From NCBI GenBank assembly GCA_951406725.2, contig OX597822.1, positions 81,034,001 to 81,098,000 on the forward strand: a stretch of DNA of 64,000 bases, in the 5' to 3' direction. The DNA is from Octopus vulgaris. Its lineage: Eukaryota. A program made the position numbers and the translations under genes. The notes under the pieces were generated by a model. That model was not told where the DNA came from and searched no databases. It worked only from the letters and a program-made list of their open reading frames with translations. Shown here piece by piece: positions 14,260-27,380 of the stretch; position 1 is the stretch's first letter; every line of letters starts with the position of its first letter.

Positions 14260-14628
14260 TGTTTTATTTCGCTTTTGTATTTGGTTTGCAAGATTCTTTA
14301 TGTGAATTTATGTGTTGAAGTATATTTTGTTGTGTGTGGAAAGAGTCATTCTATTTTAATGCCTTATTAATTAAGACACTCACCGGTTCGATTTACACTC
14401 ATTTACTGTTTTTTTTTTTCTAAAATCACCGTTGCTTCTTACAAACTGTTCAATAGGTGTTGACTCTGTCCGAACAGAGTCAACAAATATTGAACAGGTT
14501 GTAAAAAGCAACGAAAATTTTAAGAAAAAAAAAATTTGAGTAAATGAGTGGAAATTGGCCCAGTGAGTGTATTAATTAATAAGGCATGAAAAGAGAATAA
14601 CTCTCCCCAGACAGAACAAAATACATTT
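14260..14628. mobile_element. Long palindromic MITE-like element
   Basis: Imperfect inverted arms of about 150 bp (14321-14469 / 14474-14624) centred on ttgactctgt-ccga-acagagtcaa. An internally deleted copy lies at about 8103-8240. Confidence 0.75.
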
Positions 14629-14774
14629 TTATTAATATATATTCTATCTTTAACTTGTTTAAGTCATTTGATTTATTTAGACTGCAGCCATGCTGAAGAA
14701 CTTTAGCTGAACATATCCACTCTGGTACTTTTTTTAAAATCTTGATACTTATTCTGTCGTTCTAATTTGCCGAA

Positions 14775-14935
14775 TCGATACAAGAGACAGGGCAGCAAAT
14801 GCGAGCTTAGCATTACTGAAAAGTTAAACATTACAACATCAAAAACGAACATTTCAAATATCCGGGAGGAAACCCTCTCCCACGGCATGCATCAGCAACA
14901 TTTCCAAAATTTCAAGCAGGAATCCCCAATTACTT
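14775..14935 (+). pseudogene. Penelope-like GIY-YIG C-terminal remnant
   Basis: 'YKRQGSKCELSITEKLNITTSKTNISNIREETLSHGMHQQHFQNFK' resembles the PLE C-terminus (Y....K.C.LC..EK..I....LN.R.E....C.H...F). Confidence 0.55.
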
Positions 14936-15249
14936 TCCTGCTGCTCCAACCTGGACAGGCTTTTTCTTCTCTGAACATCAATTATATGCATTACACGAAC
15001 TTCATGCATAAAACGCACATGTCCCTTAAACTTGTCCCCCATCATATAAATATGAGGACATCACGCATATCCATGACATTATATGATACACAAAAACTTA
15101 TGAACCTTATGAACAATTTAATATCAGGGAGATAATAATCCAGGAGTTGTTCTCCCTCATATGAATAATTGTTATTTGAATAATTCTTATTTGTACCATT
15201 ATGTTCTACTTTTTATTTTTGTGTTTTTCTTTCATGTTTATAGAATAAA

Positions 15250-15720
15250 TCTAGTTTTCTACTATCAAAGGAAGATATTATCCTAAAAAAGTTGGGAGAA
15301 ACTGAAAATACGAACCTGATATGTTTGTTATTAAATATTTTTGCATATCTAGTGTTTTAAAAGTTTTTTTATTAATAATCATTCTAATAGATTTAATAAA
15401 ATTTGTCTTTAATTGTTTAGCGAAAGGTATTATGATCCATGTGGTTTTATCTGGGTCTACCTTGCTTATGCATTGATTTCTAGTCAGAATATCATTTTTT
15501 GTCACACATGGTATGAGTTTCTTTCTAATTATGTTTTTATTAACATTATTACTTTTATTATTATTGTTATTATTATTGTCATTGTTAATAACTGAGCTCG
15601 TGCTGTTTATATTTTCATTTTTTGTCATTTTTATGGGTTTTTTTCCTTTCAATGAAAACTTACTCAACAATAATATGAACAATTTTTGATATACACTATC
15701 AAACAAATAAAACCTTTCTT
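15250..15720 (-). pseudogene. Penelope-like RT-to-EN linker remnant
   Basis: 'TWIIIPFAKQLKTNFIKSIRMII' then, after a frameshift, 'KIFNNKHIRFVFSVSPNFFRIISSF', resembling PLE 'WFNPPY..NVKTN...KIFN.N..K.SYS..PN...IISS'. Confidence 0.55.
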
Positions 15721-16676
15721 ATATACTATAGCTCTATATCGGATTATATATATCGGATTATATAAGTTTATAACGTAAGTAATCCCCTTTATTTCGACTT
15801 TATTTATAAAATATTACTCGTATTATATATATTTCTAAATTTTCTTTAAAACATACCAATACTGTGACTTACGACATTTAATACTTATTTTTGTCTATGA
15901 ATATTTAGTGGTCTGTCGACTATTATTTACAACAAGTACTTAAATTATAAACTTTATGAACTTGAATTTATTATTGAATGCTATTAAACACCATTTTTTC
16001 TAAAATTTTCTAAAGTCGAAAGGATATTTGACGGCTAAGTAAAAACTAAATTTGTACTTGAAAATTCATTCACATCCTTATTTGGATTCCTCATCGTACA
16101 TACAAATACAGCCTGACCAGTAATATAATTCATTTAAGGAGTTTTATATAGACACACATATGAGAATCCATACAATGTCAGTTTTTTATATTACATATAT
16201 TAGCACCCACTTAGATATTTTGTTTGTTTTAATTTAAATAGGCATGACTTTAAGAACGAACACATTAATACGATATGATTACTAAGAGAAAATCTATGTA
16301 CTTCTAATGTCTGTTTTAGTTACTATCCAAGCTACCAACGAGTACAAATTTGACTATTATGATTTTCTATTATGAATATCTGAGTCTTCTTGTATGAAAC
16401 AAATCGTTTAGCAACGTGAATAATAAAAACTATACTCCGTTTTAACATCTAATCTCCTCTATTTTCATAAATATGAATGAATTTGTTGAACTGTGTTTAA
16501 TAAGTTAAATCATATACTTAATATTTCTATACAAGTTTTCATACCTATACAAATTTACATAAGTATATTCAAAAATAAAGTAGGAAGAAACAACGTTAGA
16601 AATCTTTGGAAAATACTTTAATGAAAGGACAACCTCACATTCATCCATAAAACATATATATATATATATATATAGT

Positions 16677-16982
16677 GGAGGCGCAATAATGGCCCAGTGG
16701 TTAGGGTAGCGAACTCGCGGTCATACGATCGCAGTTTCGATTCCCAGACCGGGCGTTGTGAGTGTTTGTTGAACGAAAACACCTAAAGCTCCACGAGGCT
16801 CCGGCAGGGGGTGCTGGTGGTAAACTCTGCTGTACTCTTTCGCCACAACGTTCTCTCACTCTTTCTTCAGTTCGCTTGTTCGCTTAGCCAGTGGGGTGGC
16901 ATCATATGAAGGCTAAAACAATGCGAAGTGCATTGTGACCAGCGATGTGTAGCAACATCTGGTAGCCTGGTCGGTCACGATG

Positions 16983-16985
<3 letters not shown>
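16677..16985 (+). mobile_element. tRNA-derived SINE, family C (tail type 2)
   Basis: Head identical in layout to 55738 but with a different 3' half (gcttgttcgcttagccag...ggtcacgatgata). Embedded in (TA)n. Confidence 0.8.
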
Positions 16986-17075
<90 letters not shown>

Positions 17076-17581
17076 CAGATTTTCATATTTATATCTATCA
17101 ACGCTAAATATTAGTCGACAGACCCCTAAATCTGAGTCAGCCAAAATTGTTTCAAATTTCTTTCTGTTGTTTTATAACAGCTCTATTGTTGCAGAGAAGG
17201 TCCTCGTACGAAGGTCACCTCACAGTGTATGCCGCCATGATTGGGTGATGGCATACACCATTGGTGAGTGAGAAGTTTTCCCTAAGTGTCCAGACAACTG
17301 AACTCTCAGCCTCCTTCATGTTTGACTTTCCATTTTTGCCACGAAATCTACGGAAAATCCAGCAAATAATTTTGCCTCAGTTCGAAAACCCAAGGGAACA
17401 GTGTTTGTCTTATCTCCTTTAATTTACGAAGCACCTTTGTATAAATCCTATAATTTATCCTATAATTTATCCTCGTCACTATCTTCTCTCCGATCAGTTT
17501 CTGCAATAAAACCCCTCATATTATTTTCGTCTACTTATTTTCATATATTCCGTTCCTTGGCATCCATTCGTTATGACTAAT

Positions 17582-17631
<50 letters not shown>

Positions 17632-17646
17632 TATACATACACACAC

Positions 17647-17681
<35 letters not shown>

Positions 17682-17757
17682 TGCGTATATATATACAAAT
17701 ATGTGAGCTTCTTGTGGGGGATACGCGTATGTATGTTAGTGTGTGTGTGTGTGTGTG

Positions 17758-17836
<79 letters not shown>

Positions 17837-18441
17837 TTTCGTGCACATGGGAACACAATTCTCTATTTTTAGAAGCAAGTGCATATCAGTTTCATCAACC
17901 TCTGGCTAAAATATGAACAGTATCCCCAACCTCACCTTCTTCCCCTTTATCTATCTCCTTCCTCATACTCTCTCTGTCTCTCTCTCTCTCTTTCTCTCTA
18001 TCCCTCTGTGTTCTTGCTTGCTCTGCCTCCTCTCTTTCATCGTTTCTGTAAATAAACTATTTAAAGAGAAGTCCCCTTACTCTATAATCCGTACATCCTC
18101 CTCGTCCATTCTCCCTCTCTCCCTTTCACTGTCTGTCTCTCACTCACACAGCTTCTTACTCTCTTACTCGTTCTCTCTCGCTTACTCTCTCTCTCTCTCT
18201 CTCTACCCTCTTTCTCTCTCTCACTCTCTCTCTCATCCTCTTACTCTATCTTTCAAACTTTCTCTCTCTCACTCTTACCCTCTTGCTCTTTCCGTTTGTC
18301 TCTATGTCTCGCTCTTACTTTCTCCCTTTCTTCGTCTTCCTCCCTCCACTGCTGCCATCTTTAAATATACATATCACAGAATGTAGATTATTAAACCTAA
18401 TTCTACGTGAACTTTGTAATTTCGTCCACATACGCCCGCAG

Positions 18442-18479
<38 letters not shown>

Positions 18480-19213
18480 GCTATCTATCTATCTATTATC
18501 TAACTATCTGTCTATCACTAATCTCCCTCTCTCTCTCTCTCTCTCTCACTGTCTCTCCTTCTCTCTCGAGCACTCATTCTTTCTCTTCCGCACTCTTTCA
18601 CTCACATTCTTCTTCACTTTTTTTTCTTTCTGGTAGCGTCTTTGCCAGTTTCCCATATTTTTATCCAATCAATGATTAAATGAGTCTATTAGTCTGATAT
18701 AAATAGCAAAATCCTCGCTCGCTATATATAGTTGAGCGCTTATTTTTCTCATATTATGAAGATATCGCAAATATCACTAGCTTTTGGATAAACATAATGT
18801 CGTCACTGATAGATTTGATACGCTGGATTATAGCTATTATCTACCTACCTACTTATCTGACTTTATATATATATGGCTGTGTGGTAAGTCGCTTGTTTAC
18901 CAACCACATGGTTCCGGGTTCAGTCCCACTGCGTGGCACCTTATGCAAGTATCTGCTACTATAGCCTCGGGCCGACCAAAGCCTTGCGAGTGGATTTGGT
19001 AGACTGAAACTGAAAGGAGCCCGTCGTATATATGTATCTCTGTGTGTATGTGTGTGTGTGTGTGTGCGTGTGTGTAATGTATATGTGTGTGTGTGTGTGA
19101 GTGTGTTTAATTAAATAACACAGAGGAAAAACCTTCAGGGATGCTATGCAAAGCTCGTCCACAGTTATAGGCTACCTCATGTCTCCATATAGTGGAAATG
19201 GTTTTGCAACTGG

Positions 19214-19245
<32 letters not shown>

Positions 19246-19255
19246 TCATGCATAT

Positions 19256-19311
<56 letters not shown>

Positions 19312-20892
19312 TCATGCATATTGATGCATACGTATACTGTTACACTTACATAATTGCTGTAACTCATTTTCGAGCAATGCTTGATTGCTCACTTGAAGAT
19401 GAAGAGCCTAAAATTGATTTTTCGATCAGGCAAAAGACCTACACTCTTTTGCAAAAATGTGGTAGCGATGGTTGCCTCTTGCAGTAGTTGTTGAGAGAAT
19501 TTATCCTCTATTTGGGAACATCTCTTCATTCCATCGGGGTATTCTTCACTCAGTGCTTCACATTTCTCGTCTAGGGTCATCTAAATCATACAAAACATAA
19601 TAGAGATGTAAAGAACCAAATGATATATATGTCACAATTTTTTTTATATGAAGTAAGTCTTTGTACAGGACTAATCTTACTCCTTAAACCTTTTGTGCTT
19701 TTGCCCCAAAAGAAATACTATTTTACATCATTGGAGGCAAATGAAGTTGCAGCTGTTGCATTAGTAGTTTCCTTCTCCGAGAAACACGAGAAAGAAAGAC
19801 TAAATTTCCACCACTCCCACGTGATGTACGGCTGTTCATTGCTGAAGTCATCCGACATTTGACAGGTTTTGTTTCTCATTCCACAACAAAATGCCACCTC
19901 CTCTTTACTAAGCAGGTTCCTTTGGATTACCGATTTAACCGACGACGGTACGACAATACGACTAGTTGTACTAGTTCAAACGTTACCAGTAACACTGCGG
20001 GTGACCTAACATAATATACATACATGCAAACAAAATTATACGTACTTTCTCCCGGAAATATTTCGGCAGCGAAAGATTTACTCGTGTCCGAACGCATGCG
20101 AACCGGTTGAATATGACTTTACTCGAATATATCTTATTGGAAGCTACTTAGTTCGACATTATTCCTTTCATTTTAGCTAGACCAGGCTTTGCATACATAA
20201 GCAAGTGTAAGGTATTTTGATGAGAATAAATTCGTTGTAATCAGACTGTGGATGGCAGATTTGGTGTTCGTAGTCGCCGAAGTGAAAGAACACAGAAGCA
20301 CATACATTATACGATCCAATGACGTCATTCACGACCCATTATGGAGGTTCACGCAGACCTAATTCCACAACAGATGTTCGTCTCGTGTTCAAATGCGTGC
20401 GAACCGCTTAAATATAGCTTTACATGAATATATGTTATTAAACCCTGCTTCGTGCGGCAAAATATACGTTATATATATGTGTGTGTGTGTGTGAGTGTGT
20501 GCGTATGTATGTATATATATATATATATGTGTATGTGTGTGTTTGTAATGTATGCGTGTGTATGTGTGTGAGTGTTTAATTTATTTAGATTATTCATCTG
20601 AAGATGGTGCTGGTTTCTCACAAAAATAGAAAGCTCCGTCTGTGAAACATAGATAGCCAGAACAATGTCACGCTTTGGACTTGAGGAAAGTATGTTTTTG
20701 ATTTTCACTCTCGATAAATTTATCCCTTTTTTGTGTCCCTATCACTTGGCATCCTTATTTAGGAGCCCTTAATTATATTTCTACAGGAATAATATTTTTC
20801 TATATGAATAATATTTTGTCTAATGACAAATTCGTCTTTTGTGCGGGGCCACTGGTAGTAATCTATATTATTACCCTTTTGATTATATATAC

Positions 20893-20923
<31 letters not shown>

Positions 20924-21315
20924 TAATAAGTATGTGTGTATATGTGTGTGCGTGAATGCACATGTATGTAGGTATTATATAAGTTTATAATACGCATGTA
21001 TATAAAAGTCGACTGTAAGGTACTCCTTATCTAATAACCTGAAAGTTTTAGCGTCAACGAGGCGAAAAACAGTGATTAGACTACAGTTTAATTTCTCGTT
21101 TGAGAGGTAAATATTATTATTGTGATGAAGATCTGAAAAGTCTAGAAACATTTCATTTCGATTACAGCTTTTCTTATTCGACTTGAAGTTACACTTTTCA
21201 TAAGAAAGCGAAAGTCCTAAAATGGTTTGTTTAAGAAAAGAAAGCGCAGTTTACATTTCAAATAATCGGAAACATTTGTTTAGTGCTGTTTTTTTTTTTT
21301 TACATCATTTCATGA

Positions 21316-21530
21316 AGGTGGCGAGCTGGCAGAATCGTTAGCACGCAGGGCGAAATAGCGGTATTTTGTCTGTCTTTACGTTCTGAGTTCAAATTCCGCC
21401 GAGGTCGACTTTGGCTTTCATCCGTTCGGGGACGATAAATTATGTACCCGTTGCGTACTGGATTCGATCTAATCGACTGGCCTCCTTCCCCAAAATTTCG
21501 GGCCTTGTGCCTAGAGTAGAAAAGATTATA
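21316..21530 (+). mobile_element. tRNA-derived SINE, family A monomer
   Basis: aggtggcgagctggcagaatcgttagc...gagttcaaattccgcc...aaaatttcgggccttgtgcctagagtagaaaag. Confidence 0.8.
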
Positions 21531-24411
21531 TTATTCCATGTTATCAGGTGGACGCAGTGTCAGGAAGTTACACTCAGGAAGTCTGCATTTGGGACGCACA
21601 GACGATTGGGCGCAAGTGTTTGAACGGTGAAGATTTGGCGCGGTTGAATGGCAATTTGGCCTGTTTTGGAAACACTAAATTTTCGGCACTTGGCTGACAC
21701 ACATAAACAAACACACATACACACAGACACGTAAACACACCCACACACACGCACACAGACACGAACATACGTACACAAATATACACACAAACACACAAAC
21801 GCTCACGCACACAGACAAGCACACACGGCCACGCACACATAAGCACACACGCATATACATACACAAACACACACACAAACGCACACGCAAGCTCACAAAC
21901 AAAGACACGTACACACTCATACATGCACACAAACACACACACACTCACGCACACATACACGCACGCACACATAAAAATATACACAAACGCACACACAAGC
22001 TCACGCACACAGACACGTACACACACATACACACAAACACACACACACACACACTCACACACACAGACACGCAAACACACAAACACACACGCACACACAC
22101 GCGCACGCAGTAATATACACATAGTGAAAGTGTGAGAGAGACCCAAGTGTTTCAAATGGTTCTTATCTCATCGACCCAGGAACGATGAAAGGCAAAGTCA
22201 ACACCGGCAGCATTTGAACTCAGAGCGTAAGGTCGGATGAAGAGTCGCCGGCAGTAACGATTCTGCTAGCTCGCTGCCTTAGAATAGCAGAACACTATAA
22301 TACAAAGGTGAAGCGTCAGGATTGATCTTACAAATTAAAATCGGCTAATTAACTTAGATTCATTTTAGAATTCTTTCGTTCTACATCACCACAGCCTTTA
22401 ATTGGAAATAATATTTTCACTTCGGCAGAAGGCTGCAGGCAATAAGTGAAAAATAAGGTCAATGAATTTACAAGTAATTAAATAATGCTTGACATTTCGA
22501 CCGCGTTCCATAGTTTCTGCGAATCAAAGATTTTGCTTTGATTTGGTTCGGTTTTTGGTTTTGGTTTTTAAGTTCAGCACATGACAGCGGAATCGACAGA
22601 GCAACCGAGGCAATGGCTAGCATTTAATCTTCAATTTTTTAGTTGTTTGAGTCACTAGACTGCGACCATACTGGGGTACTGCCTTTTTTTTCTTTTTTGT
22701 CAAATGAATCGACCCCAGTAATTTTTTTGTAAGCCTGGTACTTATTCTATCGGTCTTTTTGCCAAACCGCAAAGTTATGAGAACGTTAACACACCAACAC
22801 CGGTCGTCAAGCGGTGCATAAATACAGACACGAAGTCACACACACACACACACATATACAATGGAGTTCTTTCAGCTTCCGTCAAAATCCACTTGCAAGC
22901 GGGGTCTGAGGTTCAAGTAAAAGATACTTGCCCAAGGTGTCACGCTTTAAGACTGAGCTCGGAGCCATGTGGCTAGAACGCAAGCTTCTTACCACACAGC
23001 AAAGAGTTCATATCTCATAGAGGTCTATTTTACCATTTAATCCCTTCATTGGCCATACAAACAATAGCGGTCAAGTACTGTGGTCTAATGTTTCTTTGAG
23101 CAAATTGCGATGAAGTCTGAAATTCACATCGTATTAATACTTAGCCGTGAGATTAACAAGCCTGCGTTACTACTTCGTTGCTTTGGGTTCAGTCCCACTG
23201 CACGACACTCTGGATAAGTGTTTTTTTCACAATAGCCACGAACTGATCTGTGCCTTGAGAGAATTTGCTATAAGAAAATTTTGTGAAACCTCACTGTGTG
23301 TGTATATATATTTTTTGTCTGTGTGTGTGCCTATATGTGTATATGCCTCTGTGTATATGTCTGTGCGTGTGTGGCTGTGTGTGCCTAAGTGTATGCCTGT
23401 GTGTGTGCTTGTGTGTGTATCTGTGTATCTTTGTCCACCCCACCTCGGTTCGACAGCCACTATTCGCAAAAGAGATTGATAGAATGAGGACCACGCTTAT
23501 AAATAAAAAGACCGGATTCGATTTGTTTGACTATAAAAAGAGCATTGAACGCGTTGCTCCAGCATGACCGCAGTCAAATGAATGTAATACATAAACGACT
23601 GTTGTTTCGCTTTTGTTTTATTCTCTTATTTTCAATATAGAATTATACGTGACTTCTTCACATAGATGTAAGCACAATGTGTTGTCATTATGTACAAATC
23701 ACGTTTTGACAGTTAATAAAGAAATTGAAACTATTAAGTCTTTAATTGCTACAACTATTATTTATGGTATTTCCATGAAAAACGGCATTTTTCTTCTAAT
23801 GCTTCCGAGCTAGACTTCTTTATCTACGTCTATTTATTTCCGGTTATCGCGAATTTAATTAAATCACTCGGTGGTTGCCAGTGAGACATATCCTCCACTT
23901 CCTCCTCCTCCTCCTCCTCATCATCATCATCATCACTATCACCATCATCATCATCATCATCATCATATCTTCATCGTGGTAGTCGTCATCACCATCATCA
24001 ACGACGACAGCAACAACCAAAACAAACCCCTGGTTGTTGCTATCTCGACTCATAGAACTCGCAGGACTGGTCACTCGGCTTCCATGGCGTTTCGGTGGCC
24101 GAGATGAGAGCATACATTGCTCCTGTGCGCGACACCAATCGGATGCAAGTTTACTAATTGACAGCCGAGTAGACGGGATTAACGTGAAGTGTTTTGTCCG
24201 GTCCGAGATTGAAACCACGATCTTCCGATTTAGAGTGCAATACTCTATCTACTTGGCCACGAACCTTCACAGAGAGGCACAAGAGTCGATTAAGTTCCAA
24301 TATTTTTTCCCTTTCTGGCTAAGTTATAATGTATAGAAAATAGTGAGATCCGTCGCAGCGAACAAAATGCTATGCGCTATTTTGCTACCTTCTATTTTTA
24401 CCTTTTTCTCC

Positions 24412-24588
24412 AGGCGCAGGCGTGGCTTTCACGAATGAAATTATACTTACCAACCACATGGTTCCAGGTTCAGTCTCACTGTGTGTCACTTTGGGCAAGT
24501 GTCTTCAATGATAGCCTCAGGCTGACTAAAGCCTTATGAGTGGATTTGGTAGACGGAATCTGGAAGAAGCCCGTCATATATACGTATA

Positions 24589-24639
<51 letters not shown>

Positions 24640-24860
24640 GTCTTTGTCACTGTGCTTGTCCTCCACCACCGCTTGACAACCTGTGTTGGTGTCTTTACAT
24701 CTCTGTAACTTAGCGGTTCAACAAAAGAGAAATATAGAATAACTATCACGATTAGAGATTTAAAAAATAGGTACGGAGGACAATTCATTCAATTAAAAAT
24801 CATTCGAGGCGGTGCTCCAGCATGGCCACAGTCTAATAACTGAAACACGTAATTGATAAA
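24412..24860 (+). mobile_element. tRNA-derived SINE, family B, near full length
   Basis: ggcgcaggcgtggc head, ctttgggcaagtg CORE-like block, internal (TG)n, tail ggcggtgctccagcatggccacagtctaataactgaaac. Confidence 0.8.
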
Positions 24861-25330
24861 AAGCAAAAGGTAACTTTGCTTTTCTTCTGTCCGGGATCGA
24901 TACATCGATATGTTGAATACCAACAAGATATTGGTGTTGATGTAATCGACAATACATCTCTTCTGAAATGTAATGACTTTTTACGATATTGGAGACAGAT
25001 ATTATAGTGTATGCGTTTATAATTATATATACATATATAAAGATTCTGTTAGATATACACGCATTAAACATACCAATACTACGTGTTCTTAATAAAAAAA
25101 ATAAAAAAGGAGCGTAGCAATGTGTCTCCATTGAGTATATAGGAAGACAATGAACTGCTCAGAGTGACCTCATAACGAGCGACTTTCACTGTTGCTAACA
25201 ATAATAAACTGTACGGTTCATTAAGCTAGATTTATTAAAATATGACCATTTTATGTGTTACATATATTGAATTTTCGAATTAGTGAACGATGGCGGTCGT
25301 CTGCGTTTCTGATAAATTGTCGTGGGAATT

Positions 25331-25364
<34 letters not shown>

Positions 25365-26220
25365 GGACGGGGTTGGGGAATATGAATGCTTGTGTGTTTG
25401 TGTGGAAGAGCGGGAAAATGAAGGTTGGATGTTAGTCAAAACGAGACGGCGAATGAGAAATAAGAGAGGAAGAGAGATGAAAGGAGACAGGAGAGAGAAT
25501 CAGAGAGAAATACCAAGGGAAACAGAGAGAGACTGATACAAAGATAGAGACAGGGGTGGAAAGAGGCGTAGGATGTGGGACAGGAAAAGAGAAAGACAGA
25601 AAGATATCGAGAGAGTAAGAGATAAACGGTGGCAGTAAGAGAAACACAACGAGAAGGAAAGAGAGGGAATGATATACATGTATGCGTGTGTGTGTATGTG
25701 TATGTATGTACGTATGTACGTATGTATGTAGGTAGGTATCTATATGAACTTTTATATGTATCTGTGTGTGTATTTGTATGCAAACGTTAAAAATAAATGG
25801 CAAAAGAGAAAACGTGAGTGAGAGAGCGAGAGAGAGAGAAATAGTGGTTTTGCATATGAGAAAAGTGGAGGTAGTTAGCAACATAGAAACCATGCGTCTG
25901 TGTGTATATGTTTGAGTGCATGCGTGTGCGTATGTCTGTGTGTGTGTGCATGTGTCTGTGTATGCGTGTGTGTGAGTTTGCATACACATACATTCACATA
26001 CACACACGCATGTTTTATCTTTTATCTCTTATTTCGGTTATTAGACTGCGGCCATACTGGAGCACTGCCTTCAGAAGTTTCTAGTCGAATGAATTGATCC
26101 CAGTAGTTCTTTTTTTAACCTGGGACTTATACATTCGGTCTATTGCCGAACCGCCAAGTAACGGGGACGTAAACACACCGATACCGGTTGTCAAGCTGCC
26201 AGACACTGACGTAAAGATAT

Positions 26221-26251
<31 letters not shown>

Positions 26252-26996
26252 AAAACACACACACACACACACTCTCACACACACACACACACACATATAT
26301 ACATCTACGTCGGGCTTCTTTCGGTTTCTATTTACCAAATTCACTCAGAAGGTGTTGGTTGTTCTGAGGCTATAGTAGAAGACATTTACTCGACGTACCG
26401 TGCCGTGCCGCTGCGTGGCACTGAACCTGCAACAGTATAAGCAAAAATGAACTGAAAAGAATTCTTCAGAATACCTTGGAGTATATATTTGAACGATATA
26501 GACAAATATAGGTATGTGAAATAACATACATCATAAAATCATTATTTAATTATATTATCTCCGCCTTGAAAAGGGGAGATAATCTCCAGATTCAGTAAAA
26601 TCTCCACACTTGACATAGCATTAAGGAACAGAACGGTGTTATTGTTGAAAGATAAGAGAATATTCTGTGTGAAAATTTGATATCCAATTCTGATTGTCTC
26701 CTTTGTTGAAGCTGATTGACAAAGCATATCGCGACTTTTGTTCGTAGAAACCAGACAGGTCCCAATGGACAATATTTTCCCCTCTGTTCCATATTAATGA
26801 CGCTGACAAATATTGCAGCTTTGTATATTTTAACTTTGAACTGTTCATTTAGCACTCAGTGGCTGCTGATGTCTCAGCTTAGATCTGTCAAGTTCATTGC
26901 ACTCAACATCTGTGTGTTTATCTGTGTGCGCGTGCGCGTATGCGCGCGTGTAAACATATACGATCAAACACAACCTTACACATGAACATATATATA

Positions 26997-27380
26997 CTTT
27001 TCTAGTCTAAGCACAAGGCCCGAAATTTGGTGGGATGAGGTCAGTTTGTCAGATCGAAACCAGAACGCAACTGGTAATTAATTTATTGACCCCTAAAGGA
27101 GTCGACCTCGATAGAATTTGAACTCAGAACATAAAGACAGACGAAATACCTATTTCTTTACTACCCACAAGGGGCTAAACACAGAGCGGACAAACAAGAA
27201 CAGACAAACGGATTAAGTCGATTATATCGACCCCAGTTCGTAACTGGTACTTATTTAATCGACCCCGAAAGGATTAAAGGCAAAGTCGACCTCGGTGGAA
27301 TTTGAACTCAGAAAGTAGCGGCAGACGAAATACCGTTAAGCATTTCGCCCGATGTGTTAACTTTTCTGCCAGCTCGCCGC
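26997..27380 (-). mobile_element. Dimeric SINE, family A
   Basis: Colinear with 4420-4830. Confidence 0.85.

Noticed and set aside
20590-20660. CTGAAGA...GAAAC hammerhead-like spacing (similar weak cases at about 17490-17525 minus and 45405-45435)
   Set aside because: Helices I and III cannot be formed convincingly, or the core is too degenerate.
23871-24107. Poly-Pro/poly-His ORF
   Set aside because: It is a (CCT)n/(CAT)n microsatellite running into a degenerate SINE, with no splice or homology support.
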